A stretch of 64,000 bases of DNA from an uncultured Acidobacteriota bacterium (GTDB lineage: Bacteria > Acidobacteriota > Thermoanaerobaculia > UBA5066): contig CAWIIN010000003.1 of the NCBI GenBank assembly GCA_963836285.1, positions 14,708-78,707 on the forward strand, given 5' to 3'. Shown piece by piece: positions 47,059-56,833 of this stretch; the first letter of the stretch is position 1, and each line of letters begins with the position of its first letter. The translations under genes were made by a program, and so were the position numbers. The notes beneath the pieces are model-generated. The model saw only the letters and a program-made list of their open reading frames with translations. It ran no database searches and had not been told where the DNA came from.

Positions 47059-49746
47059 TCAACGCGTCTCGATGCCTTCGGCGATCTTCACGTCGAGCGT
47101 CTGCTTCACCTTCGTCTTCCCGTACGTGAGCGTCACGGTGTACGTGCCCGGCCGCACGAACCTCTTGCCCTCGCTGCTGGACTCGGAGAGAAACTCCTTC
47201 GTCGGCTTGAGGTCCCACGACACGCGGCCGAAGCCGGGCGTCCCGGGCGCCTCGAGCTTCGCGACGGGCACGCCGCCGGGCCCGTCGACCGTGATCTTCA
47301 CGTCGTCGACCGTGAGCGCGCGGATCCAGAACGTGAAGACCGCCCCCTCGGGCGGGTTCTTCCCACGGAAGACGGCCTTCCCGTTCCACTCGCTCCAGCC
47401 CGAGAAGCGGTTCGTGCCGAACGCCGGCTTCGGCGGGAAGAGGTGGGCGTCCTCGGCGGCGATCTCCGGCGTGAACGCCTCGAGGGCGGAGACGTCGTCC
47501 GCGATGTAGAGACTCCGCCCGTGCGTCGCGATCACGAGGTCGCGCTCCCTCGGGTGGATCGCGAGGTCGTCCACCTCGACGCTCGGGAGGCGCCCGAACC
47601 TCGTCCAGCTCGTGCCGCGGTCGAGCGACACGTAGAGGCCGAACGCCGTCCCGGCGAAGAGGAGCGACGGGTTCTTCGGGTCCTCGCGGATCACCTTCAC
47701 GGGGCCGTTCGCGGGCAGGTTCCCGGCGACGCTCGTCCACGTGCGGCCGAGGTCGGCGGTCCGGAACGCGAGAGGCGCGTCGTTGCCGGAGCGGTACGCC
47801 TCGACGGCGAGGTAGGCCGCGTTCGCGTCGTGGGCGCTCGGCTCGATGCGCTCGATCCACTCGCCCTTCGCGGCGGGAGGCAGCGACGCCGTGAGGTCCG
47901 TCCACTTCCCGCCGCCGTCGCTCGTGACCCAGAGCTTGCCGTCGTCCGTCCCCGCCCAGAGAAGGCCCGCCTGAAGCGGCGACTCCGCGAGCGCGTAGAC
48001 GACGCCGTACGTCTCGGCGCCGCTGCCCGTCGCGGTCGTCTTCTCCGGGTCCCGCGCGGACAGGTCCGGGCTCACCGGCGACCACTCCTCGCCGCGCGCC
48101 GTGAGGCGGAAGACGCGGTTGCCGCCGAGGTAGAGGACGCCCTTCTCGTGGCGGCTCGCGAAGAGCGGCGCGCACCAGTGGAAGCGGAACGCGGGGTGCC
48201 CCTCCTCCGGCTGCGGGCGGAGGCTCTTCCTCTCGCCGCTCGCGAGGTCCATCCGGAAGACGTTTCCGCCCTGGGACTCGGCATAGACGACGCCCGGCTC
48301 GGCCGGGTCGAACGCGTTCGAGAAGCCGTCGCCGCCGCCGAGGTTGATCCAGTCCGCGTTGCGGATCCCTTCCTTCGTCCCCGTCGCGGACGGCCCGATC
48401 CAGTTCAGGTTGTCCTGGAGACCACCCGCGATCCGGTACGGCGTCGCGTCGTCGAGCGCGATGCGGTAGTACTCGCCCGCGGCGATCCGGTCGAGGTGGG
48501 CCCAGTTCTTCCCGCTCTCGAAGCTCTGGTAGACGCCGCCGTCCGTCCCGAGGACGAGGTGCTTCGGGTTCTTCGGGTCGATCGCGAGCGCGTGTCCGTC
48601 CGGATGGACGGCCTCGCCGAGGTCCTCGCGGAAGCTCTGCCCGCCGTCGTCCGAGACGTGGAGCGCGATCCCGAGGACGTACACGCGCTTGTCGTTCACG
48701 GGATCGACGCGGATCTGGCTGAAGTAGAACGGGCGCGGGTCGAGCGGGCTCGTGCGCGTCCACGTCTCGCCGCCGTCCTCCGACCGGAAGACGCCCCCGC
48801 GTTTCGTGCGCAGCTCGCGGAGCGGCGTCGGCCCGCCCTCGGCCGTCTGCACGATCGCGTACACGACCTTCGGGTTCGCGCGGAAGACGTCGAGGCCGAC
48901 GCGCTGGAGGGAGCCCGGCAGCCCGCCGCCGAGCTTCTTCCACGTCCCGCCGCCATCCGTCGACTTGAAGATCCCGCCCGCATCCTTCCCATCCGACGCC
49001 TCGGGCCCCGACGCGAACGACCACGGCGTCCTCGCGCGCGCGTAGAGCGCCGCGTAGACGACGTCCGGGTCCGAGGAGTCGAGAACGACGTCGCATGCGC
49101 CGACCTTCTGCGCGAGCGCCCCGGACCCGCCGAGGACACGTGTCCACGTCGCGCCTCCGTCCGTCGTCTTGTAGAGGCCGCGCTCGCCGCCGGACGTCCA
49201 GAGGCCGCCGAGCGCCGCGACGTACGCGATCTTCGGGTCCTTCGGGTGGACGGCGATCCGCGCGATCGCGCGGGACGTCGTGAGGCCGACGTGCGCCCAC
49301 GTCGCGCCGCGGTCCGTGGAGCGGTAGATGCCGTCGCCCCAGCCGGCCGTGTTGCGGTCCGTCCCCTCGCCGGTCCCGACCCAGACGGTCTTCGGGTCGG
49401 CCGGCGAGACGGCGACGGCACCGACGGAGGCAACGCTCTCCTTCTCGAAGACGGCCTGGAACGTCGCCCCGTCGTTCGCCGTGTGGAACGCGCCGCCCGT
49501 CGCGAGCGCGACCCAGAACCCGGCCGGGTTCTCGGGGTCGAGCGCAATGTCGGTGACGCGCCCGCCCATTACGGCGGGCCCGATGGACCGCGCCGCGAAG
49601 GCGCGAAGCCCGGCTTCCGGCACGGCGCGCGCCGGCGAGGGGGGAGCCAGCGCGGGCGCCGCCTTCTTCGGGGCCGAGAGTCCGGCCGAGGGGAAGGCGA
49701 GGACGAGCAGGCTGAGGGCGAACGGGCGGAAGGACATGCGAGTCAC
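47059..49746 (-). CDS. Secreted BNR/Asp-box beta-propeller protein (VPS10/sortilin-like, putative glycosyl hydrolase)
   Basis: IGPAVMGGRV; many S/T-x-DGG-x-TW Asp-boxes; GGLQDN; ATHGRS. Confidence 0.85.
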   Translation of the reverse strand: MTRMSFRPFALSLLVLAFPSAGLSAPKKAAPALAPPSPARAVPEAGLRAFAARSIGPAVMGGRVTDIALDPENPAGFWVALATGGAFHTANDGATFQAVFEKESVASVGAVAVSPADPKTVWVGTGEGTDRNTAGWGDGIYRSTDRGATWAHVGLTTSRAIARIAVHPKDPKIAYVAALGGLWTSGGERGLYKTTDGGATWTRVLGGSGALAQKVGACDVVLDSSDPDVVYAALYARARTPWSFASGPEASDGKDAGGIFKSTDGGGTWKKLGGGLPGSLQRVGLDVFRANPKVVYAIVQTAEGGPTPLRELRTKRGGVFRSEDGGETWTRTSPLDPRPFYFSQIRVDPVNDKRVYVLGIALHVSDDGGQSFREDLGEAVHPDGHALAIDPKNPKHLVLGTDGGVYQSFESGKNWAHLDRIAAGEYYRIALDDATPYRIAGGLQDNLNWIGPSATGTKEGIRNADWINLGGGDGFSNAFDPAEPGVVYAESQGGNVFRMDLASGERKSLRPQPEEGHPAFRFHWCAPLFASRHEKGVLYLGGNRVFRLTARGEEWSPVSPDLSARDPEKTTATGSGAETYGVVYALAESPLQAGLLWAGTDDGKLWVTSDGGGKWTDLTASLPPAAKGEWIERIEPSAHDANAAYLAVEAYRSGNDAPLAFRTADLGRTWTSVAGNLPANGPVKVIREDPKNPSLLFAGTAFGLYVSLDRGTSWTRFGRLPSVEVDDLAIHPRERDLVIATHGRSLYIADDVSALEAFTPEIAAEDAHLFPPKPAFGTNRFSGWSEWNGKAVFRGKNPPEGAVFTFWIRALTVDDVKITVDGPGGVPVAKLEAPGTPGFGRVSWDLKPTKEFLSESSSEGKRFVRPGTYTVTLTYGKTKVKQTLDVKIAEGIETR

Positions 49747-49790
49747 CTCGGTGCGGGGATCGGCTCAGGATACGGTACAGTGGCCCGCGT

Positions 49791-50678
49791 ATGCCGCTCC
49801 GTTGGGTCGTCCTCGGCGCCGGCGGGCAGCTCGGCCAGGCACTCGCGCGTGAGCTGCGAAAGGCCGGGCACGAGGTCACGGCGCTCACGCGCGCCGCGCT
49901 CGACGTGACGCAGCGCTTCGCCGTCCTCGACCGCGTCGCCAAGCTCAAGCCCGAGGTCATCGCGAACGCGACCGTCCTCGGCGTGGACCCGTCGGAGGAC
50001 GACCCGAAGGCGGCGCTCGCGGTCAACGCGTTCGCCGTCCGTTCGCTCGCCGACGTCGCCCGATCCACGGACGCGGCGCTCGTCCACTTCTCGTCGGACT
50101 ACGTCTTCGACGGCGCCGCGACCGCGCCCTACCGCGAGACGGACCGGCCGAACCCCGTGAACGTCTACGGCGCCACGAAGCTGCTCGGCGAGCTCTACGC
50201 CCAGAACGCGCCGCGCGGTTACGTGCTTAGGGTCGAGGGGCTCTTCGGGACGCCCGGCGGAAAAGGGACGATCGACAAGATGATCGCCGAGGCCCGCCAG
50301 GGCCGCACGCTCACCGCGTTCTACGATCGCAAGGTCTCCCCCGTCCACGTGGACGACGTCGCGACCGCGACGCGCCGACTCGTCGAGAAGAACGCGTCCG
50401 CGGGAATCTGGCACTGCGTGAACTCGGGGGTCGCGACCTGGCACGAGATCGCGCTCGAAATCGTGCGGTTCACCTCGAGCCCGTCCAACGTCATCCCCGC
50501 CTCTCTGGAACGTTCCGGCCTGCGGGTCGCGCGGCCGCTCTTCTCGGCCCTCTCGAACGAGAAGCTCGCGAACGCGGGCATGGACCTCCCGACCTGGCAG
50601 ACCGCGCTCGCGCGCGCGATCGGCGAGGCCCCCGCGCCGCCGCCGCGGCCGCTCTCGGGCGTCCGGCCGAAGGCCTGA
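49791..50678 (+). CDS. rfbD: dTDP-4-dehydrorhamnose reductase family protein
   Basis: GAGGQLG; SSDYVFDG; PVNVYGATK; RPLFSAL. Confidence 0.82.
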   Translation: MPLRWVVLGAGGQLGQALARELRKAGHEVTALTRAALDVTQRFAVLDRVAKLKPEVIANATVLGVDPSEDDPKAALAVNAFAVRSLADVARSTDAALVHFSSDYVFDGAATAPYRETDRPNPVNVYGATKLLGELYAQNAPRGYVLRVEGLFGTPGGKGTIDKMIAEARQGRTLTAFYDRKVSPVHVDDVATATRRLVEKNASAGIWHCVNSGVATWHEIALEIVRFTSSPSNVIPASLERSGLRVARPLFSALSNEKLANAGMDLPTWQTALARAIGEAPAPPPRPLSGVRPKA

Positions 50679-50695
50679 CGCCGGGCCTTCCCCGC

Positions 50696-51073
50696 CTACC
50701 GTCCCGCGGCGATCACGAACGCCCAGTTCGCCGCGACCGCGAGCGCGGCCGCCGCGCCGGCCCATCGCGGAGGGGCGCCGTCCGGGACGCCCTTCCCGCC
50801 GAGCGCCCTCGCGAGCGCGACGAGCCCACCCGCGAGGAAGAAGACGACGACGAGGGTCACGAGCGGGTTCCAGGAGAGCGCCGCGCCGAGGTCGAGACGC
50901 ACGAGCGCGAAGAGGGCGCGCGTCGCTCCGCATGTCGGGCACGGGATGCCCGTGAGCGTGTGGAAGAGGCAGGCGGGCGCACCCGCCGCGAGGACGCGGG
51001 CAAACGGGGCGGCCGCGGCGCCGGCGAGCGCCGTGCCGCCCCAGAGAAACGCGAGCTGCCGCCCGGGCGCCAC
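50696..51073 (-). CDS. DUF2752 membrane protein
   Basis: CLFHTLTGIPCPTCGATRA; WNPL. Confidence 0.85.
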   Translation of the reverse strand: MAPGRQLAFLWGGTALAGAAAAPFARVLAAGAPACLFHTLTGIPCPTCGATRALFALVRLDLGAALSWNPLVTLVVVFFLAGGLVALARALGGKGVPDGAPPRWAGAAAALAVAANWAFVIAAGR

Positions 51074-51075
51074 GT

Positions 51076-51792
51076 CTACTTGTTGAAAGCCGAGAAGAGG
51101 GCCGCGCCGGCGAAAACGAGCCCGATCGCGATGCAGACGCAGCAGAGGAGCGACGGCAGGAGGATTCCGACGAGCGCCTTGCCCTGCGTCGTCTTGTGGA
51201 GCTGCTGGGCGCCGAGCATCATGAGGTAGATTCGCCAGACCGCCACGACGAGCCCGCCGACGAACGGAATCACGAGGGCGATGTGCGCGATCGACGAGTA
51301 CGACACGACGCGGAACGTGCCTTCGAACTGCGACTTCGAGCCCGCGAGCGCGCCGACGATCATGAACGACACGTGCAGGATCGCGCTCCCGATGAACAGA
51401 CCGATGACGATGAAGAACGGCGCGAGGATGATGTTCACGATCAGGCCCCGACCCGAACCCATCATGGCGTAGTGGCGGTACTGCGCCGGGAGCATCCGGA
51501 CCATGCCGGCCCCGAAGATCGAGCCCCACACCGCGTTGAAGATCGCGCCGATCCACGCGACGATCAGCGCGAAGAGGAGGGGCCGCGTGTAGTCACCCGT
51601 CTCCCGCGTGAGCCGCCAGGCCTGCTCGGGAGCCGTGATGAACATCTTCGCGGTGTCGAGGAACGACTCGGGGCCGATGGCCTGCGTTTCCCACGCGAGG
51701 CCGGGTCCGGCCGGAGCGTAGGGCGGCGGGCCCTGAGGCGGCGGGGGCGGGGGCGGGGGATAACCCGAACCGGGCGGCGGAACGCTCGACAT
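51076..51792 (-). CDS. YIP1-family membrane protein
   Basis: Pro-rich N-terminus; FEGTFRVVSYS; about 5 TM segments. Confidence 0.8.
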   Translation of the reverse strand: MSSVPPPGSGYPPPPPPPPQGPPPYAPAGPGLAWETQAIGPESFLDTAKMFITAPEQAWRLTRETGDYTRPLLFALIVAWIGAIFNAVWGSIFGAGMVRMLPAQYRHYAMMGSGRGLIVNIILAPFFIVIGLFIGSAILHVSFMIVGALAGSKSQFEGTFRVVSYSSIAHIALVIPFVGGLVVAVWRIYLMMLGAQQLHKTTQGKALVGILLPSLLCCVCIAIGLVFAGAALFSAFNK

Positions 51793-51868
51793 GAAGACCT
51801 CCTCTCGACTGGTGGGACGGATCCTACCGCTGCTACGCTGCCCTGCGTAGACTCTGGAGGATTTCCGG

Positions 51869-53923
51869 ATGCGAATGCTCCGTCCCCGTCCCGTTCCGTT
51901 CGCCGCTCTTCTCTTCCTCCTCGCCCTGGTCCCCGTCTCCAGCGCCGCGGGATCGCCCGCCGCGAAGAAGAAGTTCGGCCTCGACGACCTCTGGGCCGTG
52001 AAGAGGGTCGGCCCGCCCGCGGTCTCGCCCGACGGCACGCGCGCCGCCGTGGCGGTCACGGCGTACGAGGGCGACGAGATGAAGGCGAACGCCGACCTCT
52101 GGCTCGTGGACGTCGTGTCCGGCGCGTCGCACCGCCTGACCTCGAGCAAGGCCTCCGACTCGTCGCCCGTCTTCAGCCCGGACGGCAAACGCCTCGCGTT
52201 CCTCTCGAAGAGGGAGGGCGACGCCGCGAACGAACTCTACGTCCTGCCGCTCGACGGCGGCGAGGCCGAACGCCTCACGGAGATGCCGACGGCCGTCACG
52301 AACCCGAAGTGGTTTCCGGACGGCACGCGTATCGCCTTCCTCGCGAACGTCGTCGCGGGCGCGGAATCTCCCGAGGAGACGAAGAAGGCGCTCGAGAAGA
52401 AGGAGAAGGCGAGCGTCAAGGTCCGCACGACCGAGAACCGCCTCTACCGCTTCTGGACCCACTGGCTGACCGACGGCGAATACCCGCACCTCTACGTCGT
52501 GGACGTCTCATCGAAGAAGGTCACGGACCTCACGCCGGGCAGCCGGCGGCTCTTCGGCCTCGACGAGGGGGGATCCTTCGACGTCGCGCCGGACGGTAGG
52601 TCGATCGTCTTCGCGGCCAACAGCACGCCCGAGCCGTACCGGACGCTGAACTGGGATCTCTTCCTCGTCCCGGCGGACGGCGGAGAGGTGAAAAACCTGA
52701 CGCCGGACCGGGCGGGCGAGGACGTGAACCCCGTCTTTTCGCCGGACGGGAAAGTCGTCGCGTTCGGGACGCATCTCAAGGCCGACGGCTGGCCCGACTA
52801 CACGCGCCTCGCGCTCCTCGACGTCGCGTCGGGGAAGGTCACGCTCCTGACGGACGGCTGGGAGAGCTCCTGCGCCGGCTGGATGTTCGCGAAGGACGGC
52901 CGGACGCTCGTCTTCACCGCGGAGGCCCGGGCGCGGACAAACCTGTATTCGCTCCCCGTCACCGGAAGGACTCCGCGCCTCGTATGGAAGGGTGGCACGG
53001 CCTCGACGCCTTCCGTCACGCCGGTGGACACGGTCGTCTTCCAGCGGCACGACCTGAACCACCCGCCCGAGATCGCGGCCATCGGGCTCGACGGCACGGC
53101 CTTCCGGATGCTCACGCACGTCAACGACGCGCTCGCCGCGTCGTGGGATCTCGGCGCCGTCGAGGACGTGACGTTCAAGGGCGCCGGCGGCGACGACGTC
53201 CAGATGTTCGTCGTGTCCCCGCCCGGGGCCGAGAAGGGAAAGAAATACCCGCTCGTCCAGCTGATCCACGGCGGCCCCGTCGGGACGTTCGGCGACGCGT
53301 TCTCCTTCCGCTGGCACCCGCACGCATTCGCGGCGCCGGGCTACGTCGTCGCGATGGTGAACTTCCACGGCTCGTCGAGCTTCGGGCAGAAGTGGGTCGA
53401 ATCGATCCTCGGCGCGCACCCGGACAAGCCGTTCATGGACGTCATGAAGGCGACGGACGCGCTCATCGCGCAGGGGCGCGTCGATCCCGCGCGGATGGCC
53501 GCGGCGGGCGGCTCGTACGGCGGCTTCCTCGTGGACTGGATCGCCGGCCACACGGACCGCTTCAAGTGCCTCGTCTCCCACGCCGGCGTCTACGACCTCA
53601 TGGCCCAGTTCGCCTCGGACGTGACGTACGGCCGGCACCATTCCTACGGCGGGTCTCCGTTCACGAACCGCGACGCCGTCGAGAAATGGAGCCCGAACCG
53701 CTACGCCGCCGCCTTCACGACTCCCGTCCTCGTCCTCCACGGCGAGAAGGACTACCGCGTGCCGATCGGGCAGGGCCTCGAGTTCTACGGCACGCTCACG
53801 GCCAAGGGAGTCCCGGCTCGCCTCGTCTACTTCCCGGACGAGGGCCACTGGATCCTGAGGGGACCGAACGCGAAGGTCTGGTATTCCGAGGTTCTCGGCT
53901 GGCTGGATCGGTGGCTGAGGTGA
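51869..53923 (+). CDS. S9 family peptidase (DPP5/acylaminoacyl-peptidase-like) with PD40 propeller
   Basis: SPDG repeats; IHGGP; GGSYGG; GEKDYRV; DEGHW. Confidence 0.93.
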   Translation: MRMLRPRPVPFAALLFLLALVPVSSAAGSPAAKKKFGLDDLWAVKRVGPPAVSPDGTRAAVAVTAYEGDEMKANADLWLVDVVSGASHRLTSSKASDSSPVFSPDGKRLAFLSKREGDAANELYVLPLDGGEAERLTEMPTAVTNPKWFPDGTRIAFLANVVAGAESPEETKKALEKKEKASVKVRTTENRLYRFWTHWLTDGEYPHLYVVDVSSKKVTDLTPGSRRLFGLDEGGSFDVAPDGRSIVFAANSTPEPYRTLNWDLFLVPADGGEVKNLTPDRAGEDVNPVFSPDGKVVAFGTHLKADGWPDYTRLALLDVASGKVTLLTDGWESSCAGWMFAKDGRTLVFTAEARARTNLYSLPVTGRTPRLVWKGGTASTPSVTPVDTVVFQRHDLNHPPEIAAIGLDGTAFRMLTHVNDALAASWDLGAVEDVTFKGAGGDDVQMFVVSPPGAEKGKKYPLVQLIHGGPVGTFGDAFSFRWHPHAFAAPGYVVAMVNFHGSSSFGQKWVESILGAHPDKPFMDVMKATDALIAQGRVDPARMAAAGGSYGGFLVDWIAGHTDRFKCLVSHAGVYDLMAQFASDVTYGRHHSYGGSPFTNRDAVEKWSPNRYAAAFTTPVLVLHGEKDYRVPIGQGLEFYGTLTAKGVPARLVYFPDEGHWILRGPNAKVWYSEVLGWLDRWLR

Positions 53924-53927
53924 CGCC

Positions 53928-54911
53928 ATGAAGTACACGACACTCGGCAGGACGGGAGTGACGGTTTCGCGCCTCGCGCTCGGCTGCATGTCGTACGGGA
54001 CGCCGACGTGGAGGCCGTGGGTCCTCACCGAGGAGCAGGCGCAGCCGTTCTTTCGCCGGGCACTCGAGGCCGGGATCAACTTCTTCGACACGGCCGACAT
54101 GTACTCGCTCGGCGTCAGCGAGGAGATCACGGGCCGAGCGCTCCGCGCCTACGGACGGATGGAGGAGATCGTCCTCGCGACGAAGGTCCATTTCCCAATG
54201 ACGGGCGGCCCGAACATGGGCGGTCTCTCGAAAAAGCACGTCGTCCAGGGGTGCGAGGCGAGCCTGAAGCGCCTCGGCGTCGGGACGATCGACCTCCTCC
54301 AGATCCACCGCTTCGACGGCGCCGTGCCGCTCGACGAGACCCTCGCGGCGTTCGACCTCCTCGTGAAGCAGGGCAAGGTCCGTTACATCGGAGCCAGCTC
54401 CGGACCGGCGTACAAGCTCGCGAAAGCGCTCGCGCTCTCGGACGCGCGGGGCTTCCCGCGCTTTTCCTCGATGCAGAACCACTACAACCTCCTGTACCGC
54501 GAGGAGGAGCGCGAGATGCTCCCGCTCTGCCGCGAGGAGGGCCTCGCCGTGATCCCGTGGTCGCCCCTGGCGCGCGGCCTCCTCGCCGGCGCGCGCGCGT
54601 CCGCGAAGGACGCCGGGGCGACGGCGCGCGGTGCCTCGGACGACTACACGGGGAAGCTCTACGACGCTCCGTCGGACGCGGACGTCATCGCGGCCGTCCG
54701 CCGGGTCGCGTCCGCCCGGGGCTCCTCGCCCGCCGAGGTCGCGCTCGCGTGGCTCCTCTCCCGCCCCGGCGTCACGGCCCCCATCGTCGGCGCGACGAAG
54801 CTCGAGCACCTCGAGACGGCGCTGAAGGCGGTGGACGTCGTCCTTTCCGACGAGGAGGTCGCCGCGCTCGAGGCTCCTTACGTCCCGCACGCCGTGCGCG
54901 GATTCCGATGA
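53928..54911 (+). CDS. Aldo/keto reductase
   Basis: FFDTADMYS; LATK; QIHRFD; MQNHYNL; PWSPLARG. Confidence 0.94.
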   Translation: MKYTTLGRTGVTVSRLALGCMSYGTPTWRPWVLTEEQAQPFFRRALEAGINFFDTADMYSLGVSEEITGRALRAYGRMEEIVLATKVHFPMTGGPNMGGLSKKHVVQGCEASLKRLGVGTIDLLQIHRFDGAVPLDETLAAFDLLVKQGKVRYIGASSGPAYKLAKALALSDARGFPRFSSMQNHYNLLYREEEREMLPLCREEGLAVIPWSPLARGLLAGARASAKDAGATARGASDDYTGKLYDAPSDADVIAAVRRVASARGSSPAEVALAWLLSRPGVTAPIVGATKLEHLETALKAVDVVLSDEEVAALEAPYVPHAVRGFR

Positions 54912-54967
54912 GGCGCGCGGGCGGGCGGCGGCCGTTCGTGTTCCAATAAGCCACCGTCGTACGGTCG

Positions 54968-55825
54968 ATGCCTGCTCACTCCAGCCTCTTCTGGGGTCTC
55001 GCCGGGGCCGCCCTCGTCGTGGCGACCTGGCTGCTCCACTGGTTCCGGGTCGCCCGCCTCGTGCGGCGCGAGAAGGCCCTCGCGCGCGAACTCAAGGAGC
55101 GGACCCAGGAGCTGAAGGAGAAGACGGCCGAGCTCGAGCAGACGAACGCGCTCCTCGCCGAGACCTCGCTGACGGACAAGCTCACGGGCCTCAAGAACCC
55201 GCGTTTCGTCGAGGCCGCGATCGGGATGCTGCTCGCGCCGGCCCGCAAGCCGCTGCGCGACCCCGAGCAGCGAACGGAGTGCGTCGCGATCCTGCTCGCC
55301 GACGTCGACCGGCTCGAGGCGATCAACGACACGCACGGACCCGAGGCGGGCGACGCCGTCCTGCAGGCCGTCGCGGACGCGATCTCCGCCTCGGTGCGCG
55401 GCGGCACCGTCGTCGCGCGCTGGAGCGGCGACGAGTTCCTCGTCGTCGCGCGCGTCCGCTTCGGCGGAGAGGCGGGAGCCCTCGCCGTGCGGCTGAGACA
55501 CGCCGTCGCGTCCTGGGTGAAGACGGGCCCCCCGGACGCGGTGCAGCCCGTCACGATCTCGATCGGGTTCTCGATCGAGCCGCTCATGCGCGCGCGTCCG
55601 CACCTCGCCTCTTTCCGGGACCACCTCGCTCTCGCGGGCGGCGCGCTCGCGCGCGCGAAGGCCGCCGGCGGGAACGTCGCGTGCGGGTGGCGCGTGAACG
55701 ACGAGGCGCTCGAGGCCGCGATCGCGCTCCACGGCGAGCCCGGCGCCGTGCGCGTTCTCCGGAAGCCCGACGAGGCCGAGGCCGCCGGCCTCATCGGCCT
55801 CTCGCTCGAGCACCGCGACGGCTGA
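54968..55825 (+). CDS. GGDEF-domain protein with N-terminal TM and coiled coil (variant motif)
   Basis: TDKLTGL; INDTHG..AGD; ARWSGDEF; TISIG. Confidence 0.85.
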   Translation: MPAHSSLFWGLAGAALVVATWLLHWFRVARLVRREKALARELKERTQELKEKTAELEQTNALLAETSLTDKLTGLKNPRFVEAAIGMLLAPARKPLRDPEQRTECVAILLADVDRLEAINDTHGPEAGDAVLQAVADAISASVRGGTVVARWSGDEFLVVARVRFGGEAGALAVRLRHAVASWVKTGPPDAVQPVTISIGFSIEPLMRARPHLASFRDHLALAGGALARAKAAGGNVACGWRVNDEALEAAIALHGEPGAVRVLRKPDEAEAAGLIGLSLEHRDG

Positions 55826-55831
55826 CCCGGG

Positions 55832-56806
55832 TCAGCCGGGAATCAGAAGGACCTTCCCCGAGGTCTCGCGCGCCTCGAGCGCACGGTGCGCGGCCGCGGC
55901 GTCCGCGAGAGGCACCTCGCGGTCCACGCGGACGGGCAGAGACCCGTCCTTCACCCACGCGAGGACGTCACCCGCGCGGGCGAGCAGCTCCTGGCGCGAC
56001 GCGGCGTAGTGGAAGAGAGTCGGCCGCGTCAGGAACAGGGACCCTTTCGCGTTCAGGATCTGCGGGTCGATCGGGGAAACGGGGCCGCTCGACTGCCCGA
56101 AGAGCGCCATCGTGCCCCGCGGCGCGAGGACGTCGAGCCCCTTCTCGAAGGTCGTCTTCCCGACGGAGTCGTAGACCGCCTGGACGCCCTTCCCGTCCGT
56201 CAGTCGTTTCGTCTCGGCCACGAAATCCCGTTCGGTGTAGAGGATGACGTCGTCCGCGCCGGCCTTCCGCGCGAGGGCCGCTTTCGCGGGCGTCGAGACC
56301 GTTCCGATGACTCTCGCGCCGCGCTTTTTCGCGAGGGCGCAGAGCAGGAGGCCGACGCCGCCGGCCGCGGCGTGGACGAGGCACGTGTCGCCGGGGCCGA
56401 GCGCGCGCACGGAGGTCGCGAGATAGTGGGCCGTCATCCCCTGCAGCATCACGGCGGCCGCCTGGTGCGTCGTGACGCCTTCCGGCACGCGCACGAGACG
56501 CGCAGCCGCGACGAGCGTCCGCTGGGCATACGCGCCCTGCGCGTTGAACGTCGCGACGCGGTCCCCCGGCTTCACGTCCGTCACGCCCGGGCCGACGGCT
56601 TCGACGACGCCGGCCGCCTCGCCGCCCGGCGTGAACGGGTATCCCGCGGGTTTGTAGAGCGCCGTCCGGAAGTACACCTCGATGAAGTTGACGCCGGCCG
56701 CCTCGACCTTGACGAGCGCCTCCCCCGTCTTCGGCGACGGGTCGGGAACGTCCTCGTAGCGGAGAGCCTCGGGCCCGCCCGGAGCGTGAACGCGGATGGC
56801 CTTCAT
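55832..56806 (-). CDS. qor: NADPH:quinone oxidoreductase (zeta-crystallin type)
   Basis: AAGVNFI; AAAGGVG; YDSVGKTT; KGSLFLTRP. Confidence 0.92.
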   Translation of the reverse strand: MKAIRVHAPGGPEALRYEDVPDPSPKTGEALVKVEAAGVNFIEVYFRTALYKPAGYPFTPGGEAAGVVEAVGPGVTDVKPGDRVATFNAQGAYAQRTLVAAARLVRVPEGVTTHQAAAVMLQGMTAHYLATSVRALGPGDTCLVHAAAGGVGLLLCALAKKRGARVIGTVSTPAKAALARKAGADDVILYTERDFVAETKRLTDGKGVQAVYDSVGKTTFEKGLDVLAPRGTMALFGQSSGPVSPIDPQILNAKGSLFLTRPTLFHYAASRQELLARAGDVLAWVKDGSLPVRVDREVPLADAAAAHRALEARETSGKVLLIPG

Positions 56807-56833
56807 GGTCTAAGTCTACGGCGGAGGACCGGC

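Noticed and set aside
49791-50678. Polysaccharide biosynthesis cluster around rfbD
   Set aside because: No rmlABC or glycosyltransferase neighbours. A stand-alone rfbD-like gene is unremarkable.
51720-51780. G-rich low-complexity run
   Set aside because: Explained by the poly-Pro N-terminus of the YIP1 protein on the minus strand.
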